A stretch of DNA of 64,000 bases from an uncultured Chloroflexia bacterium (GCA_963763775.1 CAVXPZ010000001.1:1248001-1312000); one strand, 5' to 3'; shown: positions 47,238-61,280, counted from the first letter of the stretch. A program made the numbers and translations. The notes: generated by a model from the letters alone, not told the origin.

Positions 47238-47470
47238 CAGTGTATCGAAGGCGAAGGTGTCGGCTGGCCGACACCCCTCGTGTCAGCCAGCGGGTCGTCG
47301 GGGCGTCGGCGGGCAGACAACATCGTGCCAAGCCGGTGGGGCACGGGGGCGCTTCCACCAGCCGGGGGCGGTGAGGATCGGCGAGTCGGGGGACTCGCCG
47401 TTCCCGATCCCGGCGCCCGGCCCATGGGGGGACGGGCCGGGCGTCGGGGCTCACGAGGGCTGGGACGTAC

Positions 47471-48283
47471 ATGCCACGACGCGAAGCCACCCGTCGCGCG
47501 ACGATCCGGGTCGACCTGCTCGGATCCCTCGAGGTGCGCACCGCCAGAGGTGCCCCGATCTCCCTCGGCGGTCGCCACGCCCCGGCACTGTTCGCCCTCC
47601 TGGTCCTGGCTCGTCGGCCGCGTTCGCGCGAGGCGATCGCGGCTGACCTGTGGCCCGAGGCGGACGCCACCTCCGCCGCCATGCTCCGCCAGGCGCTGTG
47701 GCTCGTCCGGCATGGGCTCGCTCGCGTCGGCATCGATCCGGTCTCGATCCTGGACATCCGCCCAGAGTCGATCGGGATCCGGCCGGACGCCTCGCTCGAC
47801 GTCGACGTCGAGGCGTTCGAGTCCTGCCTCGACCGCCCGGATTGCGGGGCGGAGCGAGCCGTCGAGCTCTACCGTGGCGACCTCGTCGAGTCGCTCGGCC
47901 ACGACTGCTTCGCCGCCGAGCGCGAGCGCCTCGCCGACCGTTACGAGGACGCCCTCGTCACGGTGGCCCAGCAGGCCCTGGCCCAGGGCGACCTGTCGCG
48001 TGCCCGTCGCGTCGCCGAGCAGGCGATCGCCCGCGATCCCATCCGCGAGGAGGCGCACGCGGTGCTCATCACGGTCCTGGGCCTGATCGGTTCGCGATCA
48101 CAGGTCGTCCGCCAGTACCGGCGGCTGGAGGCCGTGCTGTCCCACGAGCTCGGGGAGCCGCCGCTGGCGGAGACCGTGGCCGCGTACCGTCAGGCGATGC
48201 GGGACGTCGTCAGCCGCTCGATGGAGCAGGTGGCCCTCGCGAGCCTGGACCACCGGCCGGCGCTCGTCGCGGTCGGTCCCTGA
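47471..48283 (+). CDS. SARP/BTAD-type transcriptional activator
   Basis: VDLLGSLEV, ADLWPE, LRQALW, VDVEAF, LYRGDLV, DPIREEAH, ELGEPP. Confidence 0.88.
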   Translation: MPRREATRRATIRVDLLGSLEVRTARGAPISLGGRHAPALFALLVLARRPRSREAIAADLWPEADATSAAMLRQALWLVRHGLARVGIDPVSILDIRPESIGIRPDASLDVDVEAFESCLDRPDCGAERAVELYRGDLVESLGHDCFAAERERLADRYEDALVTVAQQALAQGDLSRARRVAEQAIARDPIREEAHAVLITVLGLIGSRSQVVRQYRRLEAVLSHELGEPPLAETVAAYRQAMRDVVSRSMEQVALASLDHRPALVAVGP

Positions 48284-48357
48284 GGCCCGAGCCGGGAACC
48301 GCCATCGACCCGGCGGCGTTCGAGGGGTGTCACGCCCATCCCCGCTAGGATGCCGCC

Positions 48358-48828
48358 ATGCCACGAACGACCACGCCGATCCTCCGACTCGTCACCGCGA
48401 CCGCCATCGGGATGACGGTCGTCGCCTGCTCCGCCGCGACCGGCGGCTCGCCGGGCGCCGGCACACCGAGCGCCGGCGCATCCGCATCCCTTCGGCCGGC
48501 ACCGTCCGTCGAACCGCGCCCGACGATCACCACGACCGCGTCGCCCGTCACCGGTGAAGTCCCGGCCGCGGTGATGGACGCGGTGAACGCCCAGCTCGCG
48601 ACCGACACCGGGACCGACCCGGCCACCGCGACGGTCGTCAAGGCCGAGGCGGTCGAATGGCCCGACGGCTCCCTGGGCTGTCCGCAGCGCGGCGTCATGT
48701 ACGTCCAGGTGGTCACGCCGGGCTATCAGGTGGTGCTCCGGCAGAACGGCCGCGACTACGACTACCGCGTGGCCGGCGAGGGCCAGTCGATCCGCCTCTG
48801 CGAGGGACTCCAGCCGGCCGCGAGCTGA
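48358..48828 (+). CDS. Lipoprotein, uncharacterised
   Basis: Lipobox VVAC; EWPDGSLGCP...YVQVVTPGYQV motif; TAGGAT-N6-ATG. Confidence 0.8.
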   Translation: MPRTTTPILRLVTATAIGMTVVACSAATGGSPGAGTPSAGASASLRPAPSVEPRPTITTTASPVTGEVPAAVMDAVNAQLATDTGTDPATATVVKAEAVEWPDGSLGCPQRGVMYVQVVTPGYQVVLRQNGRDYDYRVAGEGQSIRLCEGLQPAAS

Positions 48829-48880
48829 CACACCGCTGGGCGACGGGATGAGGGATGCCGTCGCGCCAGGGCAGAACGAG

Positions 48881-48912
48881 GAAGGAGCCGAGGCGGGTGC
48901 CTCGGCTCCTTC
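48881..48912. terminator. Hairpin between convergent genes
   Basis: GAAGGAGCCGAGGC-GGGT-GCCTCGGCTCCTTC, 14-bp stem. Confidence 0.7.
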
Positions 48913-48951
48913 GATCTTCGGTTCGACGAGGCGCCGGCGGCGCCCCGGTCA

Positions 48952-51900
48952 CTAGGGAGTGTCGACGAGGACGGTGGTGGCGTCCCGACCGGCGGGAGCA
49001 CCGCCGTGGGAGTCACCGAAGTCCCGCGCGGCGTTGTTGACGAGCAGCAGCCCGGTCTCGCTCGGGTTCGTGAACCCGGAACCGCTGAAGTCCAGGACCG
49101 TGACATCGGCCGAGCCGTTGCTCGGGATGTCGCCGCTCGTGTTGAACGTGTCGACATCGAAGACGCCCAGGTAGCGCTCGCCGAGCGGCGCGACCGTGAT
49201 GCCCTCGATGCTGTCCGTGAGATTGCCGGTGAAGTAGTTGTCGAAGGCGCCGACGGACATGTCCATCGGCTGGAAGAAGTTCGTCGCGTTCATCCCGATC
49301 TGCTCGCCGCAGATGGTGAGCAGGGTGTTCGCGTCGTTGGTGCCGTTGTCCGCGTAGAAGAACGCCACCGGGACCGCGTCGGGATCGTTGAGGTCGAAGG
49401 AGTACACGAGCTCCGAGATGTCATCCGTGCCAGCCGGCGCCGTGAAGATGACGTAGTCGGGCGTGCCGTCCTGGTTCGTGTCGAGCAGGACGTCGTACTC
49501 GCCGGGCACCGCACCGATGGTGCTGGCCCGCTCCCAGGTGTTGATGGCGATGACGTAGACGAATGACTCATCGGCCGAGCAGATAGTCCGCCGGGACCGG
49601 GAAGGTCTCGACGCCGACCGACTTGAGGTCGATGATCGGGGTGTTCGTGCCGCGACGCGCGGTCGGCAGGTTCGGGCTCGTGCCGACGAGCGAGTACGTG
49701 TCGACGGCGCCGACACCGATGCCGCTGTTCTTGACCGTGAAGACGCCGGCCGGGATCGGGTCCGGATCGCTCGGGACGACCGTGTCGATCGCCACGTGGG
49801 ACGGTGCCGAGATGACGGCCGACTTGCGCGGCAGCACGTGCCACGCGAGGTGGAGGCGGTCCTTGTCGTCGGCCTTCGTGGAGGTGTCGTTGAGCCAGAC
49901 GTAGCCGTCGTACTCGAGCAGGTCGAGCACGGAGGCGTTCAAGGCGTTGAAGCCCGCATCCATCCCCCAGCTCCGGAGCTTCTTGCCGGTGATCGTCATC
50001 GTCACCTTGAAGGTCGCGGAGCTGTGCTTGGCGACGGTGATGCTGCTCGGGACCGAGAGCTTCACGGCGCCGTTCGACCTGTCGTTCGCGTAGCGGAACG
50101 ACGTACTGATCTTGTAGGTGCGCTTCTTGCTGCTGTAGTTGTGGACGACGACCGTCTTCTTGATCGTCGTGGTCGTGCGGGTGACGTCGCGCAGCGAGAA
50201 CGAGAGGGCTGCGCGGCCGGTCGCCTTGTCCCACGCCGCGGACGGCGCCTTCAGGGCTCGGTCGACCCGGACCTCGCCGCCGCCGATGCGCGAGATCGGC
50301 GCCGGGTAGCCCGGCGCCCCCGGGATGTCGTTCTGGATCCGCGTCTCCGCGGTGTTCATGAGGAGCGCCTTGAGCTCGGCGATCGACCGCTTCGGGTACG
50401 CCTGCCGGAGCAGGGCGGCCGAGCCCGTGATCATGGGCGTGGCGCCGGACGTGCCGCCGAACGCGGCCATGCCGGTCCCGGACCCGGCGACGGCCGAGAC
50501 CGACGCGCCTGGTGCCCCGATCTCGGGCTTGATCTCGTTGTAGGGCGACGACGGGCCGCGCGACGAGGTGTTCGCCATGCTGCCCTTGAGCGAGATCGTG
50601 GCGCTGCCGATGGACACGTGGACCGTGTCGGTGTCGAGCGCCGACTTGATCGCCTCGCTCAGCTCCTGCTGGATCGAGATCGCCGGGACGAACGTCGTCC
50701 CGCCGCCATTGGCGAACGGGTACGCGTCGCCGGGGGCGACGAGCCCGATCATCACCGCGGTGGCCCCGGCCAGCGCGGCGCGCTCGACCTTGAGACTGAC
50801 CGAGCAGCCGCCGCGGTCGATGAGCGCGACCTTGCCGGTCGGGTCGGCGAGGTAGGGGTCCTCGGGGCTCCCGTCCTCGATCGAGCCCGCCGGGCAGCCC
50901 TGCCCGAGGTACACGACGTCACCGGAGAATCCGACCCCCGCCTGGAAGCCGGACCAGTCGAGGACCTGGGTGTTGGAGTACGTCCCCGCGATCGACGGCG
51001 GGGCCGTGACCACGAGCGGATAGCGGACCGCGCTGGGCACCTCGGTCTGCGCGACGGCGAAGGCCGTCTTCGCGTTCGCCGGCGTGCCCGCGATGTACGG
51101 GACGTTGCCGCCGTTCCCCGCGGCCGCGACCGTCAGGACCCCGATCTTCGATGCCTGGTCGATGGCCAGCGACAGGTCGTCGTCGTACGCCTCACCGTAG
51201 TCGCTGCCGATCGACATGTTGACGATGTCGAGGTGGTCGGTGGTCCAGCCGTCGCCGTTGGGATCGAGCGCCCAGTCGAGGGCCTCGATGAGGCCGACGC
51301 CGGAGCAGGCGGTGGCGACGGCGGAGCAGACCTTGAGCGCGTAGAGGCGGGCCTTCGGCGCAACGCCGTGGGCGCCGCCGACGATGTCGGCGACGTGCGT
51401 CCCGTGGCCCTCGAGGTCGATCGGATCGGGATCGGGATCCTCGATGCCGTCGCCGTTGGGCCAGCTCTCGCCGACGAAGTCGAAGCCGCCCACGACCTTG
51501 GCGGTCGGGAAGAGGCCGTCGAGCGTGGTGTTCTTGGGATCGTCGGGCGAGGTGCCGTAGGCGGCCTGGTAGGCCTCGGTGGTGCCGGCGCCGCCGAACT
51601 CGGTATGCGTGTAATCGATGCCGCTGTCGATGATGCCGACACGGACCCCCTTGCCGTCGAAGCCCTTCGCCTGGACCGCGGTCGCCCCGATGTACGGGAC
51701 CGTCTCGGAGAGGGCCTTCTTGTAGTCGACGACCGGTTGGATCGAGACGACGTCGGGGTCCTTCGCCAGGTCGTCGAGGACCGAGGCGCTGACGCGCAGG
51801 GCGACGATGTTCGTCGCACGCGACGTCTGGCCAAGGACCTTGGCGCCCTTGTCGAGACGCTTGGCCGACGCGATGAACGTCTTCTGCTGCACCTTGATGC

Positions 51901-52189
51901 GCCCGACCTGGGCCGTCTCCGCGGTCCGGCCGGCCGTCGCGAACGTCGAGGACGGCGCGGCCTTGAGGCGGACCAGCACGCGCTGGTCGCCCTTGGCGCT
52001 GACGAGCGCCTGATGGATCTTGCCCTTCAGGTCGGCCCGCGTGACGGTCTTGTCGAGCTTCATCGACTTGATCGAATCGGGCAGGGCGCGCGCCGCCGGG
52101 CCCGGGTTCCGGGCAAGGACGGCCCCGGGCAGCACCCCGGTCAGGAGCACAGCGATGGCCGCGATGGCGACCAGGATGCGGCGGTTCAT
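48952..52189 (-). CDS. Secreted S8 subtilase with PA domain (Vpr-like; frameshift ~49575)
   Basis: Signal peptide; IIDSGID, GHGTHVA, GTSGATP catalytic triad; PA motif LIDRGGC; C-terminus continues in the 48952-49716 frame. Confidence 0.9.
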
Positions 52190-52423
52190 GGACCTCCCGT
52201 CAGGCGATGCCTGCTCTCCAAGATGTGGCTCGCGCGCGCATGGCGACGGGGACGGGGTCCGGGGCACTGGGGCGACGCGGATCCGGTCGTGGAGCCTGCG
52301 CGAGTCAGCCGCTGAGTCCGCCCGTCGAGCCTCCCGAACCGACCGGACGCCGCGACAGCGTAATCCCGCCCGACACGCCGGGTCAACGAGCGATGTGGCG
52401 GGCGGTGCTCCTGGCGGGCTGGG

Positions 52424-53509
<1,086 letters not shown>

Positions 53510-53540
53510 TCACCGCCACGCCGCCAACGGAGCCATCTCG

Positions 53541-53702
53541 ATGTCCACCAATGCCCTCGCCACCCTCGGGATCCTGCTGGTCCTCCTGGCGATCCCGCTC
53601 GGCCTGATGCTCGCCCCGCTCATCGTTGGCGCGATCATCGTCGCCGTCAGCCTCCGCCGGGTCGGCGCCGCGGTCGCCCCCGTGGAAGGGGTGCCCGCGT
53701 GA
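53541..53702 (+). CDS. Small membrane protein (53 aa)
   Basis: GGAG RBS; highly hydrophobic; GC-rich third codon positions. Confidence 0.55.
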   Translation: MSTNALATLGILLVLLAIPLGLMLAPLIVGAIIVAVSLRRVGAAVAPVEGVPA

Positions 53703-53847
53703 TCGCCGTCGTGATCTTCGCGGCGATGGTCCTCGTGGTCCCGGCAGTCCTGGTCCTCGGTGCGCTCGCCGCGGCCAGCCTCACCGTCGCCGCGATGGCC
53801 GCCACCGACGAGGCGAGCGACCTGCAGCTCGTGATCCGCTCGAACGT

Positions 53848-53851
<4 letters not shown>
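53699..53851 (+). CDS. Small membrane protein (50 aa)
   Basis: GTGA overlap with the previous ORF; hydrophobic N-terminal two-thirds. Confidence 0.5.
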
Positions 53852-55438
<1,587 letters not shown>

Positions 55439-55863
55439 CGACTCGGACTCCTCGGCGCGGGCGATCACATCACGGATCGACCGGCCGCGCGTGACGCCCC
55501 CGGGAGGGAGCGGAGTCGGCTTCCACAGTCGCGTTGCCGGCGACTCTACCACGTTGCCGACCGGTAGCGGCAAGGTTGCGTGACGGTGCCGGTGCCAACG
55601 GTCGACGAGCCGCCACCGCCGGCGTCGAGGACCCAGGATCCGGGGCCGCGTTGCGTCCGGTCGACGGAAGGGTGCGCGGACGCCACGAACGGGACCATCG
55701 AGCCCCGGGTCCCGGGACCTCCGGCGTGCTCGGCCGACCCGAGGCAGGTCTAGCGTCCAAGGCAGCGGCGATGCCGATCGCGGACCGGAGATGACCGGAC
55801 CGCTCGACCCGCCGATGACTCGAGACGAGCCCTCATCGGACGCGCGTTCCTGGGAGGTCGCAC

Positions 55864-56301
55864 ATGCACAACGGCAAGAGACGCATCCCCCTCATCGTGG
55901 GGATGGCGCTGGTCGCGATGGCCCTGGCCTTTCCGGTCAGTGTCGCGGCCCGCGAGAACCACCACGACCGGACGATCCCGCCCGACGTCCTCGGTGCCCA
56001 CACGTGGACCGGGACGGCCTGCGATGGCACGGCCCTGAGCGTGGCCTTCCACGTCACCGACCGCGGTCGACTCGTGTTCGACTCGGCCGCCGGGTCGGAG
56101 ACCCGGGTGCGCAAGCACCACGACTGGTTCACGGTCCGCTTCAACGGCAAGCGCGTCCGCATGGTCGCCTGGGTCAACTGGCGCCACGGGACCCTTCGCC
56201 TGCACACCCGGAGCTGGTCGGCGGACTGCCCGCCACCGGCCGATCCGCCCGTCGCGGATCCACCCCCGGTCGATGACGGCGGGAACGGCCAGAGCGGCTA
56301 G
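55864..56301 (+). CDS. Hypothetical secreted protein
   Basis: GGGAGG RBS; signal peptide (KRRIPLIVGMALVAMALAFPVSVAA); two Cys; Pro-rich tail. Confidence 0.65.
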   Translation: MHNGKRRIPLIVGMALVAMALAFPVSVAARENHHDRTIPPDVLGAHTWTGTACDGTALSVAFHVTDRGRLVFDSAAGSETRVRKHHDWFTVRFNGKRVRMVAWVNWRHGTLRLHTRSWSADCPPPADPPVADPPPVDDGGNGQSG

Positions 56302-56323
56302 TCCCGACACCACCCTCGTAACG

Positions 56324-56358
56324 GGCGAGAGCGCCGCGATCATCGCGGCGCTCTCGCC
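56324..56358 (+). terminator. Hairpin terminator
   Basis: 17-bp perfect inverted repeat GGCGAGAGCGCCGCGAT/ATCGCGGCGCTCTCGCC. Confidence 0.65.
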
Positions 56359-56445
56359 ATGTCCGGCCCGGACGACCCGACGTCCCGCCCGCTCCGGCTT
56401 GACGCTCACGCGACCGGCCCGTAGCATCCGCGCACAACCGAAGAG

Positions 56446-56551
56446 CTCTTATCAAGAGTTGGCTGAGGGACCGGCCCGATGACGCCACGACAACCTACCG
56501 ACCGAGTCGGCAAGGTGCCAAGTCCGGGCAGGACCTCCTGCGAGATAAGGG
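56446..56551 (+). ncRNA. SAM-I (S-box) riboswitch
   Basis: CTTATCAAGAG...GAGGGACCGGCCCGATGAC...CAACC...GGTGCCAAGTCC...GCAG...CTGCGAGATAAG; P1 CTTATC/GATAAG. Confidence 0.92.
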
Positions 56552-56638
56552 ACCTCCCCTTCGGAGCCCCTCGACTCAGCCGAGCGGTCGCTACCCATCC
56601 CGGTCCCGAGGCGAACCCCAGCCTCCCGGAGCGACCTG

Positions 56639-57955
56639 ATGACGATCGAGACCCTGACCGCGAGCACCGCACCCTCCACGACGCGCGTCGACGCGCGGAT
56701 CACGGGCATGCGCTGCCGCAATTGCGGCCGGTCCGAGGCCATCGGCCTGTCCTACGTGTGTCCCGCCTGTTTCGGGCCACTCGAGGTCGCCTATGACTAC
56801 GCGATCGTCGGTCGCACGTTGACCCGCGCCGCGATCGCCGCCCGTGCGCCAGGGATCTGGCGGTACGCCGAACTCCTTCCGGTCGAGACCCCGCCGTCGC
56901 GGAGCCTGCCGGTCGGTTCCACGCCCCTGCTCGCCGCGGATCGCCTCGCCCCGACGCTCGGGGTGGAGCGCCTGTGGATCAAGGACGACACACGCAACCC
57001 GTCGCTGAGCTTCAAGGACCGGGCCGTGGCCGTCGCCGCGGCGCGGGCGGTGGAGTTCGGCGTCCCGGCCCTCGCCTGCGCGTCCACGGGCAACCTCGCG
57101 GGCGCGACCGCCGCCGCGGCCGCGGCGGCGGGGCTGCCGGCCTACGTCTTCATCCCGGCGGACCTCGAGCCGGCCAAGGTCGACCACGCCCTCGCCTACG
57201 GCGCGACGGTGGTCCCCATCGCCGGGACGTACGACGACGTGAACCGGCTCTGCCTCGAGGTCGCGGATGAGACCGGCTGGGGGTTCGTCAACATCAACCT
57301 CCGACCGTTCTACGCGGAGGGATCCAAGACGCTCGCCTACGAGATCGCGGAATCCCTCGGCTGGCGGTCGCCCGACGTGGTGGTCGCCCCGGTCGCCTCG
57401 GGGGCCATGTTCACGCGGCTCGCCCGCGGGTTCGAGGAGCTCGTCGAACTCGGCTTGATCGAGGCCAGGCCCATCCGCTTCGTCGGCGGTCAGGCGGCCG
57501 GGTGCGCGCCGGTGGCGACCGCGTTCGAGCGGGGCACCGACATCATCGAGCCCGTCCGCGAGCCCGACACGATCGTCCGCTCGCTGGCGATCGGCAATCC
57601 CGCCGACGGCCGCTATGCGGTCGAGCTGGCGGTCGCGAGCGGCGGCTCCATCGAGGCGATCGACGACCTCACGACCGCCGCGGCGATCCGCGACGTCGCC
57701 CGCCTCGAGGGGATCTACCCGGAGACGGCCGGCGGCGTGACCCTGGCCGCGGTCGCCGCCGCCCGACGGCGCGGCGTCATCCACCCCGGCGACGAGGTCG
57801 TCGCGCTCCTCACGGGGAACGGGCTCAAGACGCCCGACGCGCGGACCCTGGGCCACGGTGACGGCATCGCTCGACCGGGCGAGCCCGGCCTCGCGCCGGT
57901 GCTGCGGCCGAGCCTCAGCGCCTTCGAGCGCTGGCTCGAGAGCGGCGTGGCATGA
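56639..57955 (+). CDS. Threonine synthase-like PLP enzyme with N-terminal Zn ribbon
   Basis: CRNC...CPAC; NPSLSFKDR; ASTGN; NINLRPFYAEGSKT; LTGNGLK. Confidence 0.9.
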   Translation: MTIETLTASTAPSTTRVDARITGMRCRNCGRSEAIGLSYVCPACFGPLEVAYDYAIVGRTLTRAAIAARAPGIWRYAELLPVETPPSRSLPVGSTPLLAADRLAPTLGVERLWIKDDTRNPSLSFKDRAVAVAAARAVEFGVPALACASTGNLAGATAAAAAAAGLPAYVFIPADLEPAKVDHALAYGATVVPIAGTYDDVNRLCLEVADETGWGFVNINLRPFYAEGSKTLAYEIAESLGWRSPDVVVAPVASGAMFTRLARGFEELVELGLIEARPIRFVGGQAAGCAPVATAFERGTDIIEPVREPDTIVRSLAIGNPADGRYAVELAVASGGSIEAIDDLTTAAAIRDVARLEGIYPETAGGVTLAAVAAARRRGVIHPGDEVVALLTGNGLKTPDARTLGHGDGIARPGEPGLAPVLRPSLSAFERWLESGVA

Positions 57956-58224
57956 GCACGGTCCGCATCCCGCCGACCCTGCGGGCCTCGACCGGTGGCG
58001 CCAAGCAGGTCGACGTCCCGGGCGGCACGGTGCGCGAGGTCGTCACGAGCCTGGTGACGGCCTACCCCGCGCTCGGGTCGCAGCTCCTCGCGCCGGACGG
58101 CGACCTCAACCGATTCGTCAACGCGTTCCTCAACGACACCGATGTCCGGCATCTTCAGTCGCTCGATACGCCCGTGGGCGACGGCGACACGCTCGTCCTG
58201 CTGCCGGCGATGGCCGGCGGCTGA
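57952..58224 (+). CDS. MoaD/ThiS-family ubiquitin-like sulfur carrier
   Basis: VRIPPTLR, LNRFVN, C-terminal LLPAMAGG; ATGA overlap with the ThrC-like gene. Confidence 0.92.
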   Translation: MSTVRIPPTLRASTGGAKQVDVPGGTVREVVTSLVTAYPALGSQLLAPDGDLNRFVNAFLNDTDVRHLQSLDTPVGDGDTLVLLPAMAGG

Positions 58225-58274
58225 CCGAGGCCGCTGCCCGACCCGCGCCGACCCGTTCGTCTACCGTTGTCCAC

Positions 58275-59493
58275 ATGAGCGAGCGCGTGGACCTGGCCAT
58301 CATCGGCGGCGGCATCGTCGGGCTGGCGACCGGCCTCCGCCTGCTCGAGGCCCGACCCGGGTTGCGGATCGCGGTCCTCGAGAAGGAGACCCGGTTGGCC
58401 ATGCACCAATCCGGGCACAACTCGGGCGTGGTCCACGCCGGCCTGTACTACGCGCCGGGGTCGCTCAAGGCACGACTCTGCCGCGAAGGCAAGACCGCCC
58501 TGGAGGCCTACGCAGCGTCGCATGACATCCCGATCCGATACCCGGGAAAGCTCGTCGTGGCCCTCACCGAGGACGAGCTGCCGCGGCTCGACGCCATCCG
58601 GGAGCGCGCCACCGACAACGGGGTCGACGGCCTCGAGGAAGTCGGGCCAGAGCGGATCCGCGAACTGGAGCCGGAGGCCGCCGGGATCCGGGGACTCTGG
58701 TCGCCGCGCACGGGGATCGTCGACTTCCGCCGCGTGGCGCTCGCCTATGCGACCGACCTACGCGAACGCGGGGTCCAGATCCATCTCGGGCGCGAGGTCG
58801 TCGGGATCGAGCAGCGAGGCAGCAGCGTCGTCCTCGCGACACCGGCCGGCGACCTCGAAGCCGCCAACGTCATCGCCTGCGCCGGGCTCCAGGCCGACCG
58901 CGTGGCCGCCATTGACCGGCGAGACCGGGCCGGACGTCCCGCGCATCGTGCCCTTCCGTGGCGATTACTACACGCTCACCCCGGACGCGCGTCACCTCGT
59001 GACCCGCCTCCTGTACCCGGTCCCCGACCCGCGGTTCCCGTTCCTCGGCGTCCACTTCACCCCTCGCCACGACGGCGCCGTCTGGGCCGGGCCGAACGCG
59101 GTGCTCGCGCTGGCTCGCGAGGGCTACAAGCGGACGGACATCGACGTCCAGGACCTCGTCGAGACGCTGTCGTACCGAGGGTTCCACCGCGTCGCGATGA
59201 AGTTCTGGCGGATGGGCGCCGCCGAGATGTGGCGGGACGTGTCCAAGCGGGCGTACGTCCGCGAGATGCAGCGCTACATCCCCGCGATCCGCGGCGACCA
59301 GCTCCGCTTCGGGCCGTCCGGCGTCCGGGCCCAGGCGCTCGCCCACGACGGGACGCTCGTCGACGACTTCAGCCTCGGCGGGAGCGGCCGGCTCCTCCAC
59401 GTGCGGAACGCGCCGTCGCCGGCCGCGACCTCGAGCCTGGCCATCGGGCGGATGCTGGCCGAGACCGCGATCGAACGCTTCGCGCTCGCCTGA
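58275..59493 (+). CDS. lhgO: L-2-hydroxyglutarate oxidase (frameshift ~58905)
   Basis: IIGGGIVG, HQSGHNSGVVHAGLYY, PFRGDYY, YPVPDPRFPFLGVH, NAPSPAATSSL. Confidence 0.9.
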
Positions 59494-59514
59494 CGCGAGC
59501 GCCGGGCCGGACCC

Positions 59515-60685
59515 TCAGGCCAGGTCGAGCGCCTGGCGCAGGTCGTCGATGAGGTCGTCGACCCCCTCGATGCCCACGGACAGGCGGACGAGCGCGGGGT
59601 CCACCTCCAGCGCCGAGCCCGCCACGGACGCGTGGGTCATCGTGGCCGGGACTTCGATGAGGGACTCCACGCCACCGAGCGACTCGGCGAGCGTGAAGAG
59701 CCGGGTCCCCTCGGCGACCGCGATCGCCCGTTCCGCGGCCCGCCGGCCCTGGGCGCCGCCGTCCGTGGGCACGAACGAGACCATGCCGCCGAAGCCCGGG
59801 TAGCGGACGGTCGCGACGTCCGGCCGCTCGCGCAGGAACGCCACGACGCGCGCGGCATTGGCCCCGTGGCGCTCCATCCGGAGATGCAGGGTCCGCAGGC
59901 CGCGCAGGACGAGGAAGCAGTCGAGTGGCCCGGGGACCGCGCCCATCGCGTTCTGGAGGAACCGCAGCCGCTCGGCGACGGCATCGTCCGAGGTGGCCGC
60001 CACGCCGAGGATCGTGTCCGAGTGCCCCGCGAGGTACTTGGTCGCCGAGTGGAACACGATGTCCGCGCCCGCCAGCAGCGGCCGCTGGAGCGCGGGTGAC
60101 GCGAACGTGTTGTCCACGACGACGAGCGGCCGACGACCACCCTCGGCGGCGCGCCGCGCGACCACCTCGACGGCCGCCGCGATGTCGACGACCTTGAGGT
60201 GCGGGTTGGACGGCGTCTCGAACCAGACCAGCCGCGTCCGTTCCGTCAGCGCCTCCCACAGCACGTCCGGCCCGGCCGCGAGGTCCACGTAGCGGGCGTC
60301 CACGCCGTTCCCGCGACGGACACGCTCGAGGTATCGGAACGTCCCGCCGTAGACGTCGTCGCCGACGACCACCTCCTCGCCTGGCGCGGCGAGCTCGGCG
60401 ATCGCCGCCGTCACCGCGGACCCGGAGGCGAACGCGATGCCATGCGACCCGCCTTCGAGGGCGGCCACCGCTCGTTCCAGTCGTTCGCGGGTGGGGTTCT
60501 GCGAGCGGGCGTACTCGTAGCCGCGGCGCGGCTGCCCGACCGCGTCCTGCGCGTAGGTGCTCGTCTGGTAGATCGGCGGCGAGACCGCGCCCGTCAGCTC
60601 GTCCGGCTCGGCGCCGGCGTGGACGGCGAGCGTGTCGAAGCTCGGAGCGTCGGGCGGTCGGGCGGTCGGCGTCGTGGTGTGGCAT
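59515..60685 (-). CDS. Cystathionine gamma-lyase/synthase (start region frameshifted ~60670)
   Basis: TGAVSPPIYQTSTY, YARSQNPTR, FETPSNP, HSATKYLAGHSD, LAESLGGVESL. Confidence 0.9.
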
Positions 60686-60710
60686 CGCGGCCATGATGGC
60701 ACCCGGGCGA

Positions 60711-61280
60711 TCAGCTCGTGACGGTCCAGCCATCGAGGTCGAAGACGAGCTCGACGCCGTCGATGTCGTCGACCTGGACGCCCGACTGCCGGAACCCGAA
60801 GTGCGACACCACGCCGAGCGAGGCGACGTTGTCGGGGGCGATCGAGGCACGGAAACGGCAGATGCCGTGCTCGCGGGCCGCCCAATCGAACAGCGCGGCG
60901 ACGGCTTCGGTGGCGACGCCCTGCCGGCGATACTCGGGCTCGACGTGGTAGCCCACCTCGACCCGCCCGTCGGCGTCCGGCGGCGCGTGGAACCCGACCG
61001 AACCGATCACCCACCGCCGTCCCGCCTCGTCGTCATCGGTCGCGACGATCGCCCGGCCGAGCCATGGCTGCGCGTCCGGGTCGGCCGCCAGGTCGGCGAG
61101 CCGGAACTGGAGGAAGCCGTCGAGGCGATCGGCCAGGTCCGACGGCACCGAGGCGTCGATCTCGCGGGACGCGGCCGCCAGGTCGCGCTCGAGCAGGGCG
61201 CGCATGAACGGCACCGACATGCTCTCGAGCACGAACCGCGGGGTCGGGATGGGCGGGACCTCGGGCACGGGCCGCATCAT
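60711..61280 (-). CDS. GNAT acetyltransferase (RimJ/RimL-like)
   Basis: VEVGYHVEPEYRRQGVATEAV, NVASLGV. Confidence 0.85.
   Translation of the reverse strand: MMRPVPEVPPIPTPRFVLESMSVPFMRALLERDLAAASREIDASVPSDLADRLDGFLQFRLADLAADPDAQPWLGRAIVATDDDEAGRRWVIGSVGFHAPPDADGRVEVGYHVEPEYRRQGVATEAVAALFDWAAREHGICRFRASIAPDNVASLGVVSHFGFRQSGVQVDDIDGVELVFDLDGWTVTS

Noticed and set aside
55440-55863. Possible ncRNA between pckA and the secreted hypothetical gene
   Set aside because: Only short GC-rich stems (for example CCGATGA/TCATCGG) and no recognisable motif; not distinguishable from background.
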